Below, piece by piece: positions 17,062-24,347 of a stretch of DNA of 24,347 nt. The notes below the pieces were generated by a model. It was given only the letters and a program-made list of their open reading frames with translations, was not told where the DNA came from and made no database searches. Both the position numbers and the translations under genes were made by a program. Position 1 is the stretch's first letter, and the number at the start of each line of letters is the position of its first letter. Source of the stretch: a bacterium (GTDB lineage: Bacteria > Zhuqueibacterota > Zhuqueibacteria > Oceanimicrobiales > Oceanimicrobiaceae); contig JBHIAC010000032.1 of the NCBI GenBank assembly GCA_046758365.1, forward strand, positions 1 to 24,347, given 5' to 3'.

Positions 17062-17958
17062 ATGATACTTGTTTCTGGAGGTGCTGGCGTAATGGGTTCA
17101 CGATTGGTTCGCGGTTTGGTTGAGGTAGGAAAGAAAGTTCGTGTTCTAACGATACCGAACGATCCTTTTGTTTCTAGATTAGATGGTCTTGACTGTGAAA
17201 TATTTTATGGTGATGTAAGTGATGCTTCTTCATTGCAAGGCGCCTTTGATAATGTAAAAATAATCTTCCATCTTGCTGCGATTATCATAGCCCATGATTC
17301 AAGCCTATTTGAAAAAATTAATGTCAATGGAACACGAAACATGGTTGAAGGCGGAATAAAGGTGGGGGCTAAACATTTTATATTTGTCTCTTCTGCATCT
17401 GTAGTATATCCACAGACAACTGCTTATTCTCGCTCTAAAAGAGAATGTGAACGTATCGTCAAAGAACAAAAAGTGATGCAATATACTATTATACGTCCCA
17501 CGTTAGCTTATAATGAAAATGGTGGGCAAGAATTTCTCATGTTTCTAGATTACCTAAAGAAATATCCCGTGGTCCCATTTATAGGAAGAGGACGTGCCTT
17601 AAAAAATCCAGTTCACGTAGATGATCTTATGAAAGGATTCTTAGCAATCCCGGGCAATAAAAAAGCCTACGGGAAAACATACGGATTTTGCGGTGGGGAA
17701 GAGATTACGATATGGGATTTCGCACAATTAATGCTAAGACATCAGAAGATAAGTAAACCTTTTATTTCTATACCTGTTTCAGTCTGTAAAATAATGTCAA
17801 AAGTTATGGGAACATTTATGAAACGCCCACCACTTACTTGGCAATCAATAGCTGGAATAATTCAAGATGCAAACCTTGACTATTCTTCTGCTAAAAAAGA
17901 TTTGGGGTATAATCCAATAGGTATAAGAGAGGGTTTGCAGAAATGTTTTCCAATATGA
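17062..17958 (+). CDS. NAD(P)-dependent epimerase/dehydratase-type SDR
   Basis: ILVSGGAGVMG, FHLAA, NVNGT.N, YSRSK (YxxxK), IIRP, PVHVDD. ATG at 17062 follows a GGAGG RBS; the track's TTG at 16987 is less likely. Confidence 0.85.
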   Translation: MILVSGGAGVMGSRLVRGLVEVGKKVRVLTIPNDPFVSRLDGLDCEIFYGDVSDASSLQGAFDNVKIIFHLAAIIIAHDSSLFEKINVNGTRNMVEGGIKVGAKHFIFVSSASVVYPQTTAYSRSKRECERIVKEQKVMQYTIIRPTLAYNENGGQEFLMFLDYLKKYPVVPFIGRGRALKNPVHVDDLMKGFLAIPGNKKAYGKTYGFCGGEEITIWDFAQLMLRHQKISKPFISIPVSVCKIMSKVMGTFMKRPPLTWQSIAGIIQDANLDYSSAKKDLGYNPIGIREGLQKCFPI

Positions 17959-18133
17959 ATTGATAAAGATCCTTCCCACAGCATTAGTTTATTCAAACTA
18001 GTATGGGTTTAAGGGGTAGCGATGGAAATAAGAAAAAAATTAAATTTGAAGAGAAATAGTAATACTATATCTACTATTATTTTAAAATAAAACCTAATGT
18101 GTTTAATATTCTAAGTTAAAGAGTTTTTATAAA

Positions 18134-19309
18134 ATGAGACAGAATGAATATTCTAAACGACCTACCCGCTTGAGGAGGTTTATTTCAGATGTAGCCATCG
18201 CTATAGGAATGTCCATTGCTATTATTATAGTTTCCGAAGCGTTTTTGAGGATGTTTTTCCCTCAGAATTTAGTTGGGACAAGTATAAAGGGAGAACAATT
18301 TTCAGAAATGGATGAAATTCTTGGTATGCGCTATGTTCCTGGGACGAGGTGGTATTTTACTAATCCTGAATACACAGTAGAATATTCCATTAATGAATAT
18401 GGTTTTCGAGATAACAAGGAACATCCAGTCCCAAAGCCTGAAGGTACGATTCGTGTCCTCTTGGTAGGAGACTCCTTCACTTTTGGACAAGGCGTTAATT
18501 ATGACCAGACCTGGCCTGTGATTGTTGAAAAACGCCTGCAAGAATCTGGAAATCATCATATTGATTTAGTGAAAGCTGGAATTCAGGGAATGGATACCCG
18601 CTCAGAATTCATCCTGATAAAGCGTCTGCTTGAAAAGTACGAATGTGATGTCGTTGTCGTTGGATTTCTTATCAACGATTTATATACAAATACGCTCTAT
18701 GGAAGCGATGAAAATGAAGTAAAGTCAATAACAAATAGTAGCGATGGAAGAATCTTAGAGAAAAAGAAGGAGTCCGCAGACTCCTGGTTCAAAACGGCAA
18801 AACAGGTTTTCGTACGTAATGATCGGAAAAGTAATTTTCATTTGCTGACTTTAGCTAGACGTTTAGCGATTGCAAATAGCAAGGTTTACTGTAACCTTTA
18901 CCTCGCTGCCTCTAATAGAAGACAGTGGTTAACTATTCCGTTGCCGCCAAAACCTGCAAAAAAGCTCGAGATTACAAAATCACTTTTCGAGAAAATAGCT
19001 GCTTATTGTCATTCATTAGGAAAAAAGCTTATCGTACTTTCGATACCACAGCAGTTTCAAGTATTATATTTTGATCAATCCATGAAGTCACAAGATATAG
19101 ACGTTAGGTTCTATGATCGCTACTTTACCAAAATAGCCAAGCAAAAAAATTTTGATTGGATTACAACCCTTGATGCTTTCATTACTTCTAGCTACAATAA
19201 AGAGGAACTGTTTTATCGTCTTGACGGACATCTTACACTCATTGGCCATCAGATGGTTGCCGACGTATTTTTGCAGGAAATTGTGCCTATGTTGGATGGA
19301 ACAAAGTGA
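18134..19309 (+). CDS. Membrane-anchored SGNH/GDSL-fold protein (AlgJ/AlgX-like acyltransferase or esterase)
   Basis: N-terminal TM ending in EAFLR, INEYGFRD, GDSFTFG, GIQG, IND, LDGHL; Ser/Asp/His set intact. Confidence 0.87.
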   Translation: MRQNEYSKRPTRLRRFISDVAIAIGMSIAIIIVSEAFLRMFFPQNLVGTSIKGEQFSEMDEILGMRYVPGTRWYFTNPEYTVEYSINEYGFRDNKEHPVPKPEGTIRVLLVGDSFTFGQGVNYDQTWPVIVEKRLQESGNHHIDLVKAGIQGMDTRSEFILIKRLLEKYECDVVVVGFLINDLYTNTLYGSDENEVKSITNSSDGRILEKKKESADSWFKTAKQVFVRNDRKSNFHLLTLARRLAIANSKVYCNLYLAASNRRQWLTIPLPPKPAKKLEITKSLFEKIAAYCHSLGKKLIVLSIPQQFQVLYFDQSMKSQDIDVRFYDRYFTKIAKQKNFDWITTLDAFITSSYNKEELFYRLDGHLTLIGHQMVADVFLQEIVPMLDGTK

Positions 19310-19426
19310 TACTAACCTGTTATTGAATCAATTTGAGAAGCGGAATTTAATGATAACTAAAAGTAGGCCCATCCATATGAGGCGTAAAACTAACTGGAAA
19401 TTACACTATGGCGTGTGTGCTAATTA

Positions 19427-20710
19427 ATGAACTCAGAATCTGCAACCTCATCAACCTCTCTTATTGACCTTCTTCCCATCATCATCGTACTAGGTTACAA
19501 AATGATGGGAATCCATCTATTCCTTTCACCTTTCGAATATGACGTTCAAGCAGAAGGCGGTCTTTTAAATCAACTCATATTAGGTAGCTCTTTTCTACTA
19601 GCTTTGGTTGTTCTACTAACCAAATGGCCTAAGTTTATTGAAATTTTGAAAGTCAATTGGCTCTTGCTTTTGTTTTTGATATACACGCTGATGTCCTGTT
19701 TATGGTCTCCTGTTCCTTTTATTTCCTTTAAACGTTGGTTTCAGTTTTTAGGTTTTGTTCTTATTGGCATGGCGGCCATCAGCAGACCCTCAGGTGTAAC
19801 GCAAATAGTTTCTGTATTATTATGGATCACTGCGGCGTCACTCGTTATCTCTTTGGTTGTGATTCTCATACATCCATCGAAGCCATTTGTGATGATAGAA
19901 GGGGCCTGGAAAGGATTGTACACTCACAAGAATGGACTTGGTGCCGCCTGCGCATTAGGATTCGCTGCTTGGTTGCCTGCACTAAAACAAAGCTTAAACA
20001 AAATTGTGAAAAGACTCGCTCTAATCATCATTATAATAGCACTGATATTATTAGTTGGAAGTAGAAGTGTTACAGCTCTTATAACAAGCTTTGCGATATT
20101 TTTTGTTTTTTTGATCATAAGTTTGCAAATTCCGACCTCTGCAAAATTGCTGTTTCTGCCTGTTCCTTTTATGATCCTGTACTTATACTTAATGAATTTT
20201 TTGACTATATCTCCTCTAGAATATTTCCTTGCGATTTCTGGACGTGATATTACACTGACCGGCCGTACCGAACTATGGACCTTAATAGTCGAATCTATTA
20301 AAGAGCACCCTCTACTTGGTATTGGTTATAATGGTTTTTGGGTTGGTAAAGCTGGATTATCCACTCTTTTTCTTTACGATCTTTCATGGCACCAGAATCA
20401 ATCACATAACGGTTACCTTGACATTATTAACGAATTGGGTTTTATTGGTTTCGGATTGTTCATAGTAGTGCTTGGGCTGTCAGTCAAACGGGGCTTTCAA
20501 TTTATGAAACGAAATCAGGTAGCGGGCATAACTTTTTTACTGATTATAATCACCCTCCTTGTTAGCAATTTTGCTGAGACGACTTTTTGTCGCCAGTCAA
20601 GCCGCGGGTGGATCGCATTCATAATCGCTTTTGTGGCTACCAGCCCGTTGCAGAAACATGAGGCCGATACATTGAGTAATTCGTCACTCCCGATTAGCGA
20701 GTTTCGCTGA
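19427..20710 (+). CDS. O-antigen ligase/Wzy_C family protein, probable polysaccharide polymerase (ExoQ-like)
   Basis: Polytopic; HKNGLG, SRS.TA, TLTGRTELW, PLLGIGY..FW, QSHNGYLDI..ELG.IG. Confidence 0.85.
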   Translation: MNSESATSSTSLIDLLPIIIVLGYKMMGIHLFLSPFEYDVQAEGGLLNQLILGSSFLLALVVLLTKWPKFIEILKVNWLLLLFLIYTLMSCLWSPVPFISFKRWFQFLGFVLIGMAAISRPSGVTQIVSVLLWITAASLVISLVVILIHPSKPFVMIEGAWKGLYTHKNGLGAACALGFAAWLPALKQSLNKIVKRLALIIIIIALILLVGSRSVTALITSFAIFFVFLIISLQIPTSAKLLFLPVPFMILYLYLMNFLTISPLEYFLAISGRDITLTGRTELWTLIVESIKEHPLLGIGYNGFWVGKAGLSTLFLYDLSWHQNQSHNGYLDIINELGFIGFGLFIVVLGLSVKRGFQFMKRNQVAGITFLLIIITLLVSNFAETTFCRQSSRGWIAFIIAFVATSPLQKHEADTLSNSSLPISEFR

Positions 20711-20755
20711 TTGTCAAAGATTTCAGATAATTTGGGCCTAAATGGCAAGTTAATA

Positions 20756-21709
20756 ATGCAGAAACTTAAACAGGACAATAGTTCTACAATCACTAAAGTA
20801 TCTATATGCATAGCTACTTATCGTCGCCCATTGTTGTTACAAAAATTAATTGGCAGTCTCGAAAATCTTAATATTCCCGAAGGCGTTGCAGTTGAGATCA
20901 TCGTAGTTGATAATGACTCAGCTCGGACCGCTGAGCCGGTGTGTAGAGAATATGTGAAAACCTTGAAAGTTCCGTTTTCCTATTTCGTTGAGTCAAGACA
21001 GAATATCTCTTTAGCAAGAAACCTCGCCATAGCGAACGCAACCGGCAAATGGATTGCCTTTATCGATGATGATGAAAGAGTTGATAATTCGTGGCTTTAT
21101 TGGCTTATACACACCCAGAAGGAAACTAATGCGGATGGTGTCTTTGGACCGGTCCTGCCTGTATTTCAAAAAAGTGCTCCATCATGGATTATTTCTAGCA
21201 AATTTTTTGACCGCCCGCGTAAGAAAACCGGTTATATTTTAAAACAAGATTTCAGGTCGGGTAATGTATTAGTCAGAGCTGCATTATTAAAAAAGACTCC
21301 TTTTGATCCAAGGTTTGGCCTAACAGGTGGTGAAGATTCAGATTTGTTTTCTCGACTATTTAGAAAAGGAGCAAAATTTGTTTGGTGTGATGAGGCGCTG
21401 GTATATGAGACTATTATTCCAGAGCGTCTCACCTTAAGCGGACTTATGTTTAAAGACTATAAAGGTGGTTTTGTTGATACCATCCTTCAAAAGAACACTA
21501 ATAATAGTTGGACGGCCAATGTATACATTTTCGTAAAAGCAATTGTGGTTACAGTAATCTGCATTTGTCTTTTTCCTATATCTTGGATTAAGGGTCGTAA
21601 CGGCTTCCTGTGGGTGCTCAGAAAGTTGATGCTTCAATTTGGTCATATTTATGCTGTGTTTAATAATCAGTATCAGTATTATGCTCCAATCAAATATGCT
21701 CAAAAATAA
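20756..21709 (+). CDS. GT2 glycosyltransferase (ExoM-like)
   Basis: VSICIATYRRP, VVDND, ARN, FIDDDE, GGEDSDLF, VWCDEA. Start uncertain (TTG 20711 or ATG 20756). Confidence 0.88.
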   Translation: MQKLKQDNSSTITKVSICIATYRRPLLLQKLIGSLENLNIPEGVAVEIIVVDNDSARTAEPVCREYVKTLKVPFSYFVESRQNISLARNLAIANATGKWIAFIDDDERVDNSWLYWLIHTQKETNADGVFGPVLPVFQKSAPSWIISSKFFDRPRKKTGYILKQDFRSGNVLVRAALLKKTPFDPRFGLTGGEDSDLFSRLFRKGAKFVWCDEALVYETIIPERLTLSGLMFKDYKGGFVDTILQKNTNNSWTANVYIFVKAIVVTVICICLFPISWIKGRNGFLWVLRKLMLQFGHIYAVFNNQYQYYAPIKYAQK

Positions 21710-22856
21710 ATGTATTGTCTGCTTCGCCGGTGAAGATTGGTGGTATCACAACCCTCACTCTGTGCACCATATTATGAAACAGTTTGCAAAGCACAATAGA
21801 GTGATGTTTGTCAATTCCATTGGGATTCGTTTTCCCAGTCTTACTGATCAAGCTTTCTTCTATCGTCTTTTCAATAAAATAAAGAGCCTAACCCGCTGGG
21901 CTAAATGGGCGCAAACTAATCTTCTAATTTTATCTCCAATAATTATTCCACTATACAAGTATGTTTCGATCAAGTACATAAACAGGTATTTGCTGTTGTT
22001 GCAGCTTAAAATTGCTATGAAGTTTTTCCATTTTCAAGAGCCTATTTTATACATTGTTTTACCTACGGCAGTAGAGATTATGGGGCGTCTACATGAGAAG
22101 CTCACAATCTACCATTGTGTTGATAAATTCGAAGCCTATAATGGTGTTCCTGATAGTGTTCGTGAAATGGAAAAACGGTTAATCAAAAACGCTGATTTGG
22201 TATTTTACCCAAATCGTAAACTGTTTGAAGAAAGATGTGAACTGAATCCTCGTTCATTTCATGTTGCTCATGCGGTTGACTATCATCATTTCTCACTAGC
22301 TATGAGTGAACAAACCGCTATATCAGAGGATATTCAAAAAATTAAGAGTCCAATTATAGGTTATTTTGGTGCCATAGAATATTTTATTGATCAAGAATTA
22401 TTAACGTATCTTGCTAAACAGGAACCACACTGGTCCTTTGTGTTAATAGGTAGAGTGAACGTAGAGATGAACTTATTAATCAAATTTAAAAATGTCCATT
22501 TTCTTGGAAAGAGGAATTACAACGTCTTGCCCAAATATGCAAAAGCATTCGATGTATGTATTATACCTTGGATTACAAACCATGACTTTGATTTCCATCG
22601 CAGTCCGATCAAGTTGCGAGAATATTTATCCACCGGCAAACCCATAGTATCGGTTTCATTCCCTGAAGTGCACTTTTTTAAAGACGTTGTATATATTGCT
22701 CAAGATAAATTTGAATTCCACCAATATCTACGGATGGCTATCCATGAAAAAGACGAATTTAAACGAATGCAACGGCTCAACAAGGTGAGAAATACTTCAT
22801 GGAAAAGAAAAGCGGAAGAAATATCCTCTTTGATTATTGACGCCTTGGAACATTGA
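21696..22856 (+). CDS. GT-B glycosyltransferase (GT4/TuaH-like)
   Basis: IYHCVD, PIIGYFG, FDVCIIP, SPIKLREYLSTGKPIV. Likely ATG at 21696 (or 21684), overlapping the end of the upstream gene. Confidence 0.85.
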   Translation: MLKNKCIVCFAGEDWWYHNPHSVHHIMKQFAKHNRVMFVNSIGIRFPSLTDQAFFYRLFNKIKSLTRWAKWAQTNLLILSPIIIPLYKYVSIKYINRYLLLLQLKIAMKFFHFQEPILYIVLPTAVEIMGRLHEKLTIYHCVDKFEAYNGVPDSVREMEKRLIKNADLVFYPNRKLFEERCELNPRSFHVAHAVDYHHFSLAMSEQTAISEDIQKIKSPIIGYFGAIEYFIDQELLTYLAKQEPHWSFVLIGRVNVEMNLLIKFKNVHFLGKRNYNVLPKYAKAFDVCIIPWITNHDFDFHRSPIKLREYLSTGKPIVSVSFPEVHFFKDVVYIAQDKFEFHQYLRMAIHEKDEFKRMQRLNKVRNTSWKRKAEEISSLIIDALEH

Positions 22857-22908
22857 TTCTAAGGCTAAACTAATCTATTCTTTTATATTGATGACCAGGT
22901 TAAAATGA

Positions 22909-24027
22909 ATGAAATATCTTTCCAATAAAAATATATTGATAGCCAGTATCCAACCCTGGCATTCTCCTTTGATAAGTAAGCATTTTGTTACTTTGGAGTT
23001 GGCAAAGCTTCAGAATAACATAGTGTTTATAACTCTTTACAGAATCATCAAGGATCGCTTTAATTATAGATATTTAAAACAGTTTAAATTTCATGATATC
23101 GAGCCTGCGAGAGTCAATATAAGGGAAGTATGCGTGCCCCCGGGTTTTCTACGTAACCAGATCCTCTATTGGGCGACAACAAAACTCATTCGCCAAGCTT
23201 TGGGATATAATTATTATCCAGAGATTGTCATCTCATTTGATCCACAGTTTTATATTCTAAACAAAATATTTCCCGATGCCTTAAAAATCTATTTTTGTGT
23301 TGATTATTTAGTTAATAATGAAATAATGGCGCAAGCGGAAGATAAAATGTTGTCAACAAGCGATCTTGTAATTACAGCATCACGTCGTATTTATGATGAT
23401 TTAAGAATGAAGCATTCAAATGTTAATTACATTCCCCACGGCGTCAATCTCCTCGAGGATTATGAAGATCACCCCTTAAAGAATCGCATTGACAGATGGT
23501 TTGAAGAGCAAACGAATAGGCCGATTTTCGGATTTGTGGGTTATGTCAGCATCAATATTAATTTGGCGCTTATAGAATATATTGCAAGAAAGAACCCTAC
23601 GAGTATGATTGCCCTTATTGGCTTGCAAGCGCCAGACGTTGCAAAAAAACTTGCCAAGCTTCCTTCGAACGTATTTTGGCCTGGTCCCGTACCATCGATT
23701 GGCGTTAAATACTGTTTAGATCATTTTGATGTTGGAATCGTGCCGTATATTCGCAGCCGATATATATTAAGGACAAATCCAATAAAAATTTTGCAATACA
23801 TTGCCAGTGGCTTGCCGGTAGTTACCACAGAGGTTGGTGAGGATTTCACAGAGAGTAATTTTGTAATTTACTGCGCTAATGCCGAAGAGTTTAACCAAAA
23901 TCTGAAAATCGCTTTTGAGAATAATTCTACTAAACTCATTCAACAAAGAATTAGATACGGCAAGGAAAATTCCTGGAGGAAGAGAGCAGAACTTTTGGAT
24001 CAAATAATCGAAAGTTTTCTGCATTAG
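22909..24027 (+). CDS. GT-B glycosyltransferase (GT4/TuaH-like), second paralog
   Basis: IYFCVD, IPHGV, PIFGFVG, FDVGIVPY, NPIKILQYIASGLPVVTT, NSW..RA. Confidence 0.85.
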   Translation: MKYLSNKNILIASIQPWHSPLISKHFVTLELAKLQNNIVFITLYRIIKDRFNYRYLKQFKFHDIEPARVNIREVCVPPGFLRNQILYWATTKLIRQALGYNYYPEIVISFDPQFYILNKIFPDALKIYFCVDYLVNNEIMAQAEDKMLSTSDLVITASRRIYDDLRMKHSNVNYIPHGVNLLEDYEDHPLKNRIDRWFEEQTNRPIFGFVGYVSININLALIEYIARKNPTSMIALIGLQAPDVAKKLAKLPSNVFWPGPVPSIGVKYCLDHFDVGIVPYIRSRYILRTNPIKILQYIASGLPVVTTEVGEDFTESNFVIYCANAEEFNQNLKIAFENNSTKLIQQRIRYGKENSWRKRAELLDQIIESFLH

Positions 24028-24258
24028 TGGAGTTCAGATGTGGAGGAAATTGTTGATACTCTGAATCTTCGCTGTTCGGAAGTTAGCTTAAAGCGGGTAT
24101 TTATGAAACCAAGGAGATACTTGAAGCATCATTCTTGTTAGAATTTGATAACTTTGAGAAGCTAACAGATATCAAAAGAGCATTGCAGTAGTTAGATGAA
24201 TTAATAAGAATGATTTTTTTAGATGACAAAGTGGTTTATTTAGACTTCTGTAAAATAA

Positions 24259-24311
24259 GGTGAACAACCTTTAGGTTGAGATTGTCATAGGTAGGCTGAA
24301 GCCTGTACACC
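24259..24311. repeat. REP/REPIN-like inverted doublet of short hairpins
   Basis: Ends GGTGAACA (24259-24266) and TGTACACC (24304-24311) are a 7/8 inverted match. They frame hairpins CAACCT-TT-AGGTTG (24265-24278) and AGGC-TGAA-GCCT (24293-24304). Confidence 0.45.
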
Positions 24312-24347
24312 CATTTTGAGCATGCTTTAAATTAATTTTGCAGAAGT

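Noticed and set aside
17971..18014. Imperfect hairpin after the SDR gene as a terminator
   Set aside because: Interrupted stem and no clear U-tract; not supportable without folding or Term-seq data.
1149..24024. Short antisense or alternative-frame ORFs in the track (e.g. 1149-1394, 1761-1946, 3693-3950, 4485-4955, 9831-10034, 10202-10432, 11594-12697, 18302-18559, 19152-20118, 20515-20811, 21054-21703, 23767-24024)
   Set aside because: They overlap well-supported genes and show no recognisable motifs; treated as shadow ORFs.

Overview
AT-rich bacterial window; lineage cannot be read directly, but canonical sigma70 promoters plus an UpxY gene and a mini-OPX gene suggest a non-Bacteroidota FCB-like organism (inference). 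Left arm (minus strand, 1-2395): the 5' end of an SDR oxidoreductase whose leader holds a 126-bp MITE with an 8-bp target duplication, a perfect sigma70 promoter with an 18-bp palindrome over its start site, an orphan GroES-like gene, a frameshifted HicB remnant, and a CoxS/CoxM-like pair with no molybdopterin large subunit. From 2902 onward (+ strand) is a Wzy-type exopolysaccharide/capsule locus: SLBB/OPX-like gene, wzc, priming phosphoglycosyltransferase, ops-like site plus UpxY antiterminator, Wzy/O-antigen-ligase-family gene and three glycosyltransferases. Two interleaved candidate modification systems sit inside it. (1) A plant-type UDP-apiose/xylose synthase, a DPM1-like GT2, a flippase-like protein and a GT-C transferase, suggesting a lipid-linked apiose/xylose transfer route. 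(2) SxtK/DUF5989 (59 aa, missing from the ORF track, ending in the DltX-like motif FIYTLF), a NodU/SxtI carbamoyltransferase, SxtJ and two membrane-anchored SGNH proteins, suggesting an MBOAT-free carbamoyl relay. Both systems are inferences from motifs and gene context; no database searches were run.
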